Part shown: positions 1-8,321 of the stretch, in pieces
Position numbering within the stretch: the stretch's first letter is position 1
Layout: each line of letters starts with the position of its first letter
The notes under the pieces: generated by a model
Told to the model about the DNA's origin: nothing
The model's database searches: none
Seen by the model: the letters and a program-made list of their open reading frames with translations, nothing else
DNA from: Thermoplasmata archaeon
GTDB taxonomy: Archaea; Thermoplasmatota; Thermoplasmata; Lutacidiplasmatales; UBA184
Length of the DNA stretch: 41,690 nucleotides
Direction of reading: 5' to 3'
NCBI GenBank assembly: GCA_021828665.1
Contig: JAJZDH010000002.1
Coordinates: 1-41,690, forward strand
Translations under genes and position numbers: made by a program

Positions 1-2
1 CT

Positions 3-164
3 CCACCGGCGGCGGCCGCCGCCGCGCCGGTGACCCGCGCCCCGGGGTCGGCCGGCGTCCAGGTCCAGTGCGCCGTCTGCCAGTTCCGGTTCTCGCCGGA
101 GCTGGGGTTCTGCCCCCGGTGCGGGCAGTACCTGCCGTCGGCCGCAGCCGCCCCGAGACCCTGA
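3..164 (+). CDS. 3' end of an upstream gene with a C-terminal Cys4 zinc-ribbon tail (partial; the 5' end lies outside the window)
   Basis: Frame 3 is open from the window edge to TGA at 162-164, and third codon positions are almost all G/C. The translation ends ...VQVQCAVCQFRFSPELGFCPRCGQYLPSAAAAPRP* (CxxC-x10-CxxC). It is absent from the ORF track because it has no in-window start. Confidence 0.35.
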   Translation, partial: PPAAAAAAPVTRAPGSAGVQVQCAVCQFRFSPELGFCPRCGQYLPSAAAAPRP

Positions 165-243
165 GACGCCGGCCCGGCGCGCGCGGTCGCGGTTCCCTCC
201 GCTCCGACATCAGGTTCATCCCCCCGGGGCCCCTCGGGTCGGT

Positions 244-990
244 GTGGCCGCCGCACCTCCCCGACCGCCCACCACCGCGGACGTGACCCGCGCCTACATC
301 GAGGAGCATCCGAGCATCCGGGATGCCCTCCGGGAGGACATCGTGAACTTCGCCTTCCTCGCCCGGAAGATCCAGACCGAACGCGGGCTGCGCCACGAGG
401 AGGCCATCGAGATCGCCCTCCGACGCTACCAGCAGGAGGCCGGGCGGCGGACGCCGGACTCCGAGAGGGTGCGACGGGTCCTCCGCGAGAGCCGTCTCGA
501 GGTGCACAACCGGGTCGCCCTGGTCCGGATCAAGGAGGACTGGCAGATCCTCGACCGGCTCTACCAGATCGGTCGCGGCCTCCTGCCGGAGCTCCGGCGG
601 CGAGGGGTCTTCCAGCTGTACCAGGGACCCCGGGCCCTGACCATCCTCTGCGACGACGACCTGCTCTCGGTGCTCCTCGAGGCGATCCCTCCGCGGAACG
701 TGCTCGACGTCGAGCGGGGGCTTGCCTCGATCGTGGTCCGGAGCGATGCCTCGGTCGCCGAGATTCCGGGGGTCATGGCCTTCCTGGCCGACGTCCTCTT
801 CCAGCGGGGCATCAACTGCCGCGACACGGTGAGCGTGCACACGGACTCCCTGTTCGTGTTCCGGGAGGAGGAGGTGCTCGGAGGGATGGCCGCCCTCTCC
901 ACGCTGCTCTCCGAGGGAGAGGGCTCCGACGGAGCCGGAAGCGCCGGGTCGGCCGAAGGCGGACCCCGCCGCCGGCCGTCTCACGCGTGA
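244..990 (+). CDS. ACT-domain protein, predicted amino-acid-responsive regulator (COG2150-like), paralog 1
   Basis: 248-aa ORF with a GTG start. The N-terminus reads TRAYIEEHPSIRDALREDIVNFAFLARKIQ. The C-terminus is ACT-like (EIPGVMAFLADVLFQRGINCRDTVSVHTDSLFVFREEEV). It is a clear paralog of 1991-2698. An A/T box, TTCAT (215-219), lies 24 nt before the start. Confidence 0.75.
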   Translation: MAAAPPRPPTTADVTRAYIEEHPSIRDALREDIVNFAFLARKIQTERGLRHEEAIEIALRRYQQEAGRRTPDSERVRRVLRESRLEVHNRVALVRIKEDWQILDRLYQIGRGLLPELRRRGVFQLYQGPRALTILCDDDLLSVLLEAIPPRNVLDVERGLASIVVRSDASVAEIPGVMAFLADVLFQRGINCRDTVSVHTDSLFVFREEEVLGGMAALSTLLSEGEGSDGAGSAGSAEGGPRRRPSHA

Positions 991-1373
991 ACGGTACCGG
1001 ACGAAGGGGTCTCGGCGGCTCCCTCGGAGGCGGCGGCCGCCCAGGCACTCTTCCCGGTCAGCGCGCCCTGGAGCAGCTTCGAACGTTCGCGCGGGCTCAA
1101 ACCGGGGTGCTGGCCGTACAGGTGGATCTCGAGACTGGTCCGGGTGGCGTACTCGCGGGAGCAGACCGGGCAGAGCAGCACGGTGGGGTCGCCCACGAAG
1201 CGGGAGCAGGCACACCCCATGACGTGGCATGGCATGGGTGTGCTCCGGTCGCGGGGGCGGCTGAAATGTCGGCGGTTCCGGCCCTGCTGGGGGGCCAGGA
1301 GGTAGTGGCTCGCGCGGAGATGGCTGCACCCCGTGCAGGCGAGAATCCTAAGGTGCCTCCGTTGGGTGACCAT
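981..1373 (-). CDS. Small zinc-finger protein with a classical C2H2 finger plus additional Cys/His clusters
   Basis: 130 aa counted from the ATG (complement of 1371-1373) inside track ORF 981..1964. It contains LLCPVCSREYATRTSLEIHLYGQH (C-x2-C-x12-H-x4-H), CTGCSHLRASH and CHVMGCAC. GC3 is very high in this frame. Its 3' end overlaps the stop of the convergent ACT gene by 10 nt. Confidence 0.55.
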   Translation of the reverse strand: MVTQRRHLRILACTGCSHLRASHYLLAPQQGRNRRHFSRPRDRSTPMPCHVMGCACSRFVGDPTVLLCPVCSREYATRTSLEIHLYGQHPGLSPRERSKLLQGALTGKSAWAAAASEGAAETPSSGTVHA

Positions 1374-1485
1374 TCGAGTTCCCGGACCGGTCCCGGCAAC
1401 CCCCCAAAAGCGGCTCCCCTCGCCGAGGACCGCGCTCTCCCGGAGGCCCGAGGCCGGACGCAACTGGAGGCTTGCATTGAGTGCC

Positions 1486-1510
1486 TCTATTTGACATGTG
1501 ACATCCTGCA
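1486..1510. promoter_or_regulatory. Isolated A/T-rich island in a long GC-rich divergent spacer; possible promoter or operator
   Basis: The sequence tctatttgacatgtgacatcctgca is the only A/T-rich patch between 1374 and 1950. It contains a TGACAT-G-TGACAT direct repeat and the ACATGT palindrome (1494-1499). Confidence 0.25.
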
Positions 1511-1789
1511 ATCCCGCGTTCGCCGACGCGTTGGCGGCCGTCGGTCCTGGAAAGATAGAAACGGGTCTCCGCTGCCCCAGCGGCCCCCGGGGCCCCGCGG
1601 AGCGGAGGGAGCCCGCCGGCCGGGCGGAAGAACCGTCGGGGCGCGCGGACCTCGGCTTCGCCGCGATCTCTCCGGGGCGGGACCACTTCCCATCCGCGCC
1701 GCGGCCTCTCCGGAACCCGATCCGCCTGGACGGAGGATCGGGTCGCGGGGCCGGCTCGGGACCGGCCCGCGCCGGTGGCGTCGGGCGCG

Positions 1790-1816
1790 GTTCGAGCGCC
1801 GTTCGAGCGCCGTTCG
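1790..1816. repeat. Perfect 11-nt tandem duplication GTTCGAGCGCC x2 plus a partial third unit
   Basis: gttcgagcgcc occurs at 1790-1800 and 1801-1811, followed by gttcg at 1812-1816. It lies in non-coding spacer. Confidence 0.6.
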
Positions 1817-1990
1817 GGGTGCCATCGACGATGGTCCCGTCGCGCCGGCCCGGAGATCCGCGCGGCCGGGCCCTCCGGAGAGAGGCGGGTGGGCCTCTCC
1901 GCCATCGGGCCCGGCCCGACACCCCGTCCGGGGGCGGCCGCCCGCGGACCGGGGCAATCTTCATCCGCCGTCCGCCGTTCGGCGGAGGGA

Positions 1991-2698
1991 ATGCGCATGC
2001 CTGCGGCGAAAGCCTCCAGCCCCACCGCCGCGGAGATCGCCCGCCGGTATATCGAGGAACACCCGTCGGTGCGGGACTGCCTCGGGTACGATATCATCAA
2101 CTTCACGAGCCTCGGTCGGAAGATACGGGCCGAGACCGGCCTCGCGAACCAGGAAGCCGTGGAGGTCGCCTGCCGCCGGTACCGGCGGCAGATGCGCGTG
2201 GAGCATCCGCTGGAAGGCCGGGTCCTCGAGGTCGTCACGGGGAGCCGGATCGAGGTCCGGACCCGGGTGGTCATCATCACGGCGCCCAACGACTGGGACC
2301 TCCTCGGGCATGTGCTCGAAGTGGGCCGCTCGCTCCTGGCCGATCGTCGCCACCTGCTGCAGCTCCTGCAGGGCCCCGGGGCGCTCACCGTCCTCTGCGA
2401 GGAGGATCTGGCGGAGTCGATCCTGGGGTCGCTCGGCCATCGGCCCTCCCTCCTGGTCCACCGTCACTTGTCGGCCGTGACGGTGCGCAGCCCCGAAGCG
2501 ATTGTCGAGACCCCGGGGGTGCTCGCCTTCCTCGCCGGGGCGCTGTTCCGGGCGGGGATCAACAGTTTGGAACTCATGAGCGTGTTCACCGATTCCACCT
2601 TCATCGTCCGGGAAGAAGACGTGCTCCATGCATTCCGTGTCCTGAACGATCTCGTCCATCCCCCGGAGTCGGCCGCGGCCACCCCGGGCTCCCCGTAG
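1991..2698 (+). CDS. ACT-domain protein, predicted amino-acid-responsive regulator (COG2150-like), paralog 2
   Basis: I use the internal ATG at 1991 (MRMPAAKASS...) of track ORF 1775..2698. ARRYIEEHPSVRDCLGYDIINFTSLGRKIR aligns with paralog 1. The ACT-like C-terminus reads TPGVLAFLAGALFRAGINSLELMSVFTDSTFIVREEDV. A TCTTCAT box (1958-1964) lies 26 nt before the ATG, mirroring paralog 1. Confidence 0.75.
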   Translation: MRMPAAKASSPTAAEIARRYIEEHPSVRDCLGYDIINFTSLGRKIRAETGLANQEAVEVACRRYRRQMRVEHPLEGRVLEVVTGSRIEVRTRVVIITAPNDWDLLGHVLEVGRSLLADRRHLLQLLQGPGALTVLCEEDLAESILGSLGHRPSLLVHRHLSAVTVRSPEAIVETPGVLAFLAGALFRAGINSLELMSVFTDSTFIVREEDVLHAFRVLNDLVHPPESAAATPGSP

Positions 2699-2819
2699 CC
2701 GGGACGGGCGGCGGGGAAGGTCCCATCCCGGGGAGGATGGCCCGGTGCCGCTCCCGGCCGCGCCGGCCTCCGCCCGGCGCGGAGGTCGGCGCCGGCGACG
2801 GGGCGCGCGACCCATGAGG

Positions 2820-2827
2820 TATAAATA
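2820..2827 (+). promoter_or_regulatory. Canonical archaeal TATA box (TATAAATA) for the PKD/SBP gene
   Basis: ggTATAAATAacc sits in an otherwise GC-rich context. A GGAG at 2861-2864 lies 9 nt before the ATG at 2874. The same octamer occurs at the tfb promoter. Confidence 0.6.
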
Positions 2828-2873
2828 ACCCCCTCCGGTAGTGCCATTCCCACGGCGGGCGGAGACCACGAAG

Positions 2874-5800
2874 ATGATTCAGTTATCGAGAGCGGAAGCC
2901 GGGAGCGGACGGAGTGTCGCAGGGCGCCGTCTCGGGCGTCGGGGCCTCACGCCGATATCGTCGATGGTCGTGGTCGTGGTGGTGCTGGCCCTCGTCGGGG
3001 TCAGCGCGTACGGGATTATTGGCGGGTTTTCGCCCGCCCCGACCCCGAGTTGCCAGCCGTCGAACTCCCCGGGCTGCAACTCGTTCCTGAACGTCCACGA
3101 CCTCACGGTCGTGGTGCCCTTCCAGTCCGTGCAGCAGGGCACCCCGGTGCCGTTCACCGTGACCCTGCCTTCCGGGGAGAGCGCCAGTTCCTACTCGTAC
3201 GCGTTCGGGGATGGCACCCCTGTGAACCACTCGTCGAGCCCCACCATGAACCATGCCTTCGCCCATCCCGGCGTCTATCTGGTGGGCGTGCAGGCGCTGG
3301 TCCAGGGCACCTACCACGACAACTACCACAACCTGATCCAGATCAAGGTCAACCCGTCGTTCGCGGCCGATGCGAATCAGAGCCTTCCCGGAATCTCCGG
3401 ATCGGTGGCCGCGAACTCCACGAGTTCTCCGTCATCCCCGCCCACCGCGGTCCTCCAGCCCGGCCAGACCGTGACCCTCAGCGCCCAGTACACCAACTCC
3501 CCCTCCAACCCCTCCTACGTGGAGGTCCCGCCCTCGGTCAATCTCTCGGCGGCGGCCGGGGCCACCGTGGTGGGCAAGACCCTCCTCTCGACGAATGTGA
3601 CCGAGTCGCTCCGCTTCGCGAACCCGGGAACCTACACCGTCACCATGGTCGGCGGCTCGACCCTCACCAATTCCTCGAACCCCACCCACCCTTCCGTCTA
3701 CCAGAACTTCACGTGGACGGTCTTCGTCGCGGAACCCACCTACCATGCCGGAATCCTGGGGGCCGCCAACCCGCGGAGCCCCCACCCGGGGACCATCCTC
3801 GTCTACGAGCTCGCGCCGGGCGGTGCCCGTACCGAGGACCCGGCCATCGCCTACGATACCGTCAGTGCGGAGCCCATCCAGAACATCTACCAGACCCTCA
3901 TCAGCTACAACGGAAGCGATGTGGGCCCCACGTACCAATCCTTCGTTCCGGTGCTCGCCACCTGCGTTCCGGGAAGCCCGCAGTGCCTCCAGCAGTACGG
4001 CAGCTCCCTCATCAACGGGACGAACTACACCTTCGTCATCAGCAGCGCGCCGCAGTTCTACGACCCGCAGACGCAGAACCACTGGGGCGTCTATCCCAGC
4101 GACGTGGTCTTCTCCATCGCCCGGACGCTCGGCTTCTCCACCCTCCCCTGCGTGAGCTGCAACAACGGGTGGATCCTGGGGCAGTCGCTCCTGTTCAGCG
4201 GGAACGCGACGTGGGACACCATCCACGAAAGCTACAACAACACCCCCCAGGGCATCCTCGATTCGATGACGGTGAACGGATCGCTCTGCCCGTCGGAGGC
4301 CATGGCGAGCGAGCACGGGTGCGTCACCTTCAATGCCGACGGGCAGCACCGCGCATGGCCGTACTTCCTGGAGCTCATCGCCGATGAGCTCGGCGGATCG
4401 ATCGTCCCCTGCGGGTGGTTCAGCGCCCAGGCGCAGGATGCGGGGATCCCGTACTGGACCGCCGGCAACTCGACCGGCAACGGGGACCACCCCTGCCAGA
4501 TGCCGGGCGTGACCGCCGGAGGGACCACCTGGGGCCGCCCCGTCTCCCAGATCCCCTACCAGGGTTGGGACCAATGGGAGACCATCGGATCCGGAGATAC
4601 CGGGCGGTACGGCGGCAAGGTCCAGTACAACATGGTCGGTTCGGGACCGTACTTCATGGCCCAGTACGAGGTCGGCCTTTCCTACGAGCTCCAGGCGAAC
4701 CCGGACTACGCCTCGAACCCCGACTGCACCTGGTCCGGCTGCTACCCGGCCGCCGGCAGCTACGCGAAGCTCATCGAGGTGACGTGGGAGACCGACCCGA
4801 CCCAGGGCGAGCAGGCGCTCGCGAGCGGAGTGGCCGACTTTGCCAGTGTCCCCTCCACGGACCTTTCGCTCCTCCTCCAGCTCATCTCCGAGGGAAAGGT
4901 GAACGCCATCAGCGCACCGACGCTGAACCTCGGGTTCATAGCGTTCACGATGAGTTTCAACCTCCAGGGAGCCGAGAGGATCTCCACCCAGCCCGTTACG
5001 GTGCAGTCGGATTTCCTGGGCTATCTCGGGATGCGCCAGTTCCTGGTGCACTCGTATCCGTACGCGACGATCCAGCAGACGATCAACACGAAGGACGGGA
5101 TCCAGCTGGGCTTCAACTACGGAGGGGCGATCCCGCAGTTCATGGGCAACTACTACCCGACGAACATCGCCTGGCCCAGCGGGGACCCCTGCACGGATGC
5201 GAGCAACCCCTCGTGCGCCGCCTACTGGTGGAATTCCATGCACGACCCGACGAGTCCGTACTTCGATCCCCAGGTGCTCAGCTGCTCCTCGGGAAACCCG
5301 TGCGAGTTCCCGCTCATCGGCCAGACCGGCAACCCCGAAGGGGACATCGTGAACGCCCTTTGGGTGAAGTGGATCTCCCAGCTGAGCGGAGGGGCCATCG
5401 TGGCCACCCCCGTGGATCTCAACTTCGCGACCATCGTCACGGACAGCACGAGCTCGTCGCCGGGTCAGAACCCGCTGCCGATGTACGGCCTGGCCTGGGC
5501 ACCCGACTATCCGGATCCCACCGACTACGTGCAGCCGCTCTACCTGGCGAACAGCACCTACACCTACAGCGATGCGGTGGCCCAATCCCTGTTCCAGTCC
5601 CAGTTCGGGACCGGCTGCCCGGCGCCCGCCTCGGACTACAGCTACTACGCGAACCTGACGACCCCCGTCTCCCAGGCGTGCCAGGCGGTGGCCTACAAGG
5701 CGATGCTGAACGTCCTCGGCCAAGCCGCGTACACCCCGGCGGGACCGCTCCGGGCGCAGCTCTACGATGAGGCGGAGAAGATCGCGAACCAGCTCGCGCT

Positions 5801-5939
5801 GTACCTCTACACCTCGCAGGCGAACGCCTTCAGTTCGGCGGCGGCGTGGATCAACATCAACTCGATCAACGAGAACGTGACGACGGGGGCGGGAGGCATC
5901 GCCTCCTACTTCTCGATCACCGGAAACGGCGTGGCCTAG
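2874..5939 (+). CDS. Membrane-anchored extracellular protein: N-terminal TM helix, PKD domain, family-5 (peptide/oligosaccharide/nickel type) ABC substrate-binding domain
   Basis: Track ORF 2841..5939; the ATG at 2874 (MIQLSRAE...) is favoured by the TATA and SD positions. TM segment: ISSMVVVVVVLALVGVSAYGII. PKD motifs: YAFGDGT...HAFAHPGVYLV. SBP_bac_5-like core: DPAIAYDTVSAEPIQNIYQTLISYNG...NYTFVISSAPQFYDP...YPSDVVFSIARTL. My hand count gives about 17 N-x-S/T sequons. Confidence 0.85.
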   Translation: MIQLSRAEAGSGRSVAGRRLGRRGLTPISSMVVVVVVLALVGVSAYGIIGGFSPAPTPSCQPSNSPGCNSFLNVHDLTVVVPFQSVQQGTPVPFTVTLPSGESASSYSYAFGDGTPVNHSSSPTMNHAFAHPGVYLVGVQALVQGTYHDNYHNLIQIKVNPSFAADANQSLPGISGSVAANSTSSPSSPPTAVLQPGQTVTLSAQYTNSPSNPSYVEVPPSVNLSAAAGATVVGKTLLSTNVTESLRFANPGTYTVTMVGGSTLTNSSNPTHPSVYQNFTWTVFVAEPTYHAGILGAANPRSPHPGTILVYELAPGGARTEDPAIAYDTVSAEPIQNIYQTLISYNGSDVGPTYQSFVPVLATCVPGSPQCLQQYGSSLINGTNYTFVISSAPQFYDPQTQNHWGVYPSDVVFSIARTLGFSTLPCVSCNNGWILGQSLLFSGNATWDTIHESYNNTPQGILDSMTVNGSLCPSEAMASEHGCVTFNADGQHRAWPYFLELIADELGGSIVPCGWFSAQAQDAGIPYWTAGNSTGNGDHPCQMPGVTAGGTTWGRPVSQIPYQGWDQWETIGSGDTGRYGGKVQYNMVGSGPYFMAQYEVGLSYELQANPDYASNPDCTWSGCYPAAGSYAKLIEVTWETDPTQGEQALASGVADFASVPSTDLSLLLQLISEGKVNAISAPTLNLGFIAFTMSFNLQGAERISTQPVTVQSDFLGYLGMRQFLVHSYPYATIQQTINTKDGIQLGFNYGGAIPQFMGNYYPTNIAWPSGDPCTDASNPSCAAYWWNSMHDPTSPYFDPQVLSCSSGNPCEFPLIGQTGNPEGDIVNALWVKWISQLSGGAIVATPVDLNFATIVTDSTSSSPGQNPLPMYGLAWAPDYPDPTDYVQPLYLANSTYTYSDAVAQSLFQSQFGTGCPAPASDYSYYANLTTPVSQACQAVAYKAMLNVLGQAAYTPAGPLRAQLYDEAEKIANQLALYLYTSQANAFSSAAAWININSINENVTTGAGGIASYFSITGNGVA

Positions 5940-6271
5940 GGGCGGAACGGCGGTCGGGCTCCGGGTCCGGTCCCACCGGAAGCCCCTCGCGACGCGGGAC
6001 GGGCGGCCCGGCGCTCGGCTCCCATCGGGGCGGCGGCACCGCCCGGATCCCACCGGGCGCGTCGATCCTCGGCGCATGGGCCACCGTCGGGGGACCGGCC
6101 CGAACCGTCGTCCACCGACTCCCCCTCCCGGCGCGTCCGTAACACCCTGGCGAGGGCTCTCCGGCGAGGGCCGATCCTCCGGGCGGAGCGTCAGGTCCTT
6201 CCGGAGCGGGGGGCGCGAACCCCCCCGAGGCACCGGGCTTGCGACGGAGGCGGACGCCGGCGGTGGGAGCC

Positions 6272-6877
6272 CTAACCCGACCGGTCTCCGTTCGGTGGCG
6301 GAAGGAACCCTCGCACCACGATTTCCCGGAGGATGTGGGCCACGCTCGCGTCGGGGGTCTCCCCGACGGTGCGCACCGTGACCTCGGGATCCGAGGGTAC
6401 CTCGAACGGATCGTCGACGCCGGTCATCTCGCGGAGCTCTCCCGACCGCGCCCGCCGGTAGAGGCCCTTGACGTCCCGGGCTTCGCAGACGGGCAGCGGG
6501 GTGGCCACATAGACCTCCACGAACCGTCCGATGGTCGCCCGGGCCGCCGCCCGGGAGGAGGCGTACGGGGAGATCAAGGTCACGATGGGGATCACGCCAT
6601 TCCGTGCGAGGAGCTTCGCCACGAAGGCCACACGGGTGGCGTGGGCCTCGCGCGACTTCCGATCGAACCCGAGGTCGGCACTCAGCCCGCGGCGGATCTC
6701 GTCCCCGTCCAGGAGTTCGGTGCGGTACCCGGACGGACGGAGGCGATCCCGGAGGATCCCGCCGAGGGTGGTCTTTCCCGAGGACGGCAGGCCGGTCATC
6801 CACAGGCAGAACCCCTCGAAGTCGGGTCGGGGGGGGCCGACGGGCGGGACGGCGTCGGAGGTCTCGGAGCCGGTCAT
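6272..6877 (-). CDS. cysC: Adenylylsulfate (APS) kinase
   Basis: 201 aa from the internal ATG (complement of 6875-6877) of track ORF 6272..8329. P-loop: WMTGLPSSGKTTLG. Other motifs: LDGDEIRRGLSADLGF, ISPY. The start overlaps the sat stop (ATGA). Confidence 0.9.
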   Translation of the reverse strand: MTGSETSDAVPPVGPPRPDFEGFCLWMTGLPSSGKTTLGGILRDRLRPSGYRTELLDGDEIRRGLSADLGFDRKSREAHATRVAFVAKLLARNGVIPIVTLISPYASSRAAARATIGRFVEVYVATPLPVCEARDVKGLYRRARSGELREMTGVDDPFEVPSDPEVTVRTVGETPDASVAHILREIVVRGFLPPPNGDRSG

Positions 6878-8037
6878 GGGAGGAGGACCGACGGGCCGGA
6901 GAGGACCCTCGCCACCTCCGGGCGGATGATCTCCGGGGGCAGCGGCGATCCGTCGCGGAGCGCCTGGCGGATCCGGGTCTGGCTCGTCGCCACCCGATCC
7001 TCCGCCGGGTGGGCGCAGGTCTTCGGGGAGGCCATGCCGCCGCACCGGCGACAGTGGAAGGTCTCCCCGTACCTCAGGGGAACGACCCCGATGTCGAATT
7101 CGTCGAAGATGGCGTGGGCGGCGAACGGCGGATAGTACGCCCCGACGCCGGCCTGGTCCCGTCCGACGATGTACAGACCGCAGCCGAAATTCTTCCGGAC
7201 GATCGCCAGGAAGAGCGCCGCCTTGGGTCCGGCGTAGCGCATGGCGATGGAAAGCGAGGCGAGGAGGACCCGGTCGGGCGGATAATACGCCGAGAGGAGG
7301 GCTTGGTAGGCCGCGAGGATCACCTCCGGCCGGTAATCTCCCGATTTCAGCCGACCCACGACCGGGTGCACGAAGAGCCCGTCCACGTCGGGGCGCTCGA
7401 GGGTGATCCGCTGCAGGTACTCGTGGGCGGTGTGGGGCGGGTTCCGGCACTGGTAGGCCGCCACCGAGGACCACCCGCGCCGGGCGAACTCCTCCCGCAC
7501 TTCCCGCGGGCCCATCTCGAGATCGCGGGCGGCGAGTTGGAGGGGCCGAACGAGCTCCACGGTGCCGGCGATCGCCGTCTCCCCGCCGGCCAGGAGGTCG
7601 GCCACGTTCGGATGGGCCGGGTCGACCGTCCCGAAGATGCTCCGGGCGATCCGGGTCCGGTCGAGGGTGAACCGTTCGCGGAACGAGAGCAGGCCCACCA
7701 TCCGTTCGGCGCCGTCGAGGAGGGCGACGGACTCGCCGGCTCCGAGGCGTCCGGCGGTCTCCCGATCCTCCCGGCTCCGGGGCGTGAGCAGGATCGGCAT
7801 GGACCAGGGCAGGTCGTTCGGAAGGCGACCGCGCCCGACGACGCTTTCGAGCTCCCGGGAGTCCATGAATCCCGTCAACGGGCTGTAGGCGCCGACGGCG
7901 ATCTTCTCCAGATCGAACAGTTCGTCCTCCGAAGGGTGGAGCCGGGGAAGGCTCGCCACCTCGGACTCCCGACGGGTCCGTTCCGGCTCCGAGAGCACGC
8001 GGTCGATGAGGCGACCGCCGTGGGGTGGAGGCAGCAT
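6874..8037 (-). CDS. sat: Sulfate adenylyltransferase (ATP sulfurylase)
   Basis: 387 aa. It carries the QCRNPPHTAHEYLQ motif, GRDQAGVG, and a C-terminal Zn-site-like FHCRRCGGMASPKTCAH. It is translationally coupled to cysC. An A/T box, CTAAGAG (complement of 8062-8068), lies 24 nt upstream of the ATG. Confidence 0.92.
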   Translation of the reverse strand: MLPPPHGGRLIDRVLSEPERTRRESEVASLPRLHPSEDELFDLEKIAVGAYSPLTGFMDSRELESVVGRGRLPNDLPWSMPILLTPRSREDRETAGRLGAGESVALLDGAERMVGLLSFRERFTLDRTRIARSIFGTVDPAHPNVADLLAGGETAIAGTVELVRPLQLAARDLEMGPREVREEFARRGWSSVAAYQCRNPPHTAHEYLQRITLERPDVDGLFVHPVVGRLKSGDYRPEVILAAYQALLSAYYPPDRVLLASLSIAMRYAGPKAALFLAIVRKNFGCGLYIVGRDQAGVGAYYPPFAAHAIFDEFDIGVVPLRYGETFHCRRCGGMASPKTCAHPAEDRVATSQTRIRQALRDGSPLPPEIIRPEVARVLSGPSVLLP

Positions 8038-8269
8038 GGCAATCGGCCCTACGGCCGCCCCCTCTTAGCGCCGCCCGGGGAGAGCCGCCCAGAGAGGGCG
8101 ATCGCTTCCCGCCTCCCGTCGACCCGGATTCCCGTGAGATCCGTCCCCCCGCGCGATCCCCTTCCTTCCCGGCACCCGCCGATCCTCCCCCGACGGCTCC
8201 GTCGATCCGGTGCCGCCCGCCGCACCGGGTCCGCCTCGGGGCCGCGCGCCATCGCGGCGGGTTGGACCT

Positions 8270-8297
8270 GCATATATAATACCTGATATGTATGCGC
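8270..8297 (+). promoter_or_regulatory. A/T-rich promoter region with TATATAAT and an imperfect inverted repeat
   Basis: The sequence is gCATATATAATacctgATATGTATGC. The arms at 8270-8279 and 8286-8295 match 8 of 10 as an inverted repeat. It contains TATA-like elements (8273-8280 and ATATGT at 8286-8291) upstream of the ATG at 8322. Confidence 0.45.
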
Positions 8298-8321
8298 AAA
8301 AAGCGGCGGAACTGGCTACCC

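Noticed and set aside
1515-1950. SRP RNA or RNase P RNA in the long spacer
   Set aside because: The conserved signatures I know are absent: GGAAGCAGCC-type helix 8 for SRP RNA and GAGGAAAGTCC CR-I for RNase P.
981-1964. The full 327-aa version of the zinc-finger ORF, starting at the ATG at 1964
   Set aside because: The N-terminal 197 aa are R/P/G-rich low complexity read through an 85-90% GC spacer where all frames are open. The Cys/His-containing, codon-biased part begins at the internal ATG (1373). The long form cannot be fully excluded without expression data.
1775-1990. The upstream 72 codons of track ORF 1775..2698, and the extensions of 2841, 9099, 20765, 24107 and 27850
   Set aside because: The extensions are low-complexity or lie upstream of the A/T promoter boxes. 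Internal starts fit the promoter spacing and paralog or family alignments better.
3432-6803. 1,123-aa minus-strand ORF antisense to the PKD/SBP gene and overlapping cysC. The same applies to these similar giants: 8342..9811(-), 8984..12019(+), 9138..11834(-), 11365..14193(-), 12465..14498(+), 14241..15731(-), 16472..18166(-), 19274..23041(-), 19459..21471(+), 24243..26426(+), 24277..25497(-), 29123..31486(+), 29265..35462(-), 31601..35491(+), 35710..36948(-), 38473..40371(-) upstream part, 40368..41570(-).
   Set aside because: These are high-GC shadow ORFs. Their translations are R/P/G/A low-complexity with no recognisable motifs. They overlap, out of frame or antisense, genes with clear family signatures and the correct GC3 pattern.
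8038-8270. Possible small gene or long structured leader between sat and the A/T-rich region at 8270
   Set aside because: The ORFs here (8049..8273, 8065..8400 minus) translate to R/G/P low complexity. sat has its own A/T box 24 nt upstream of its ATG, so no long leader is required.
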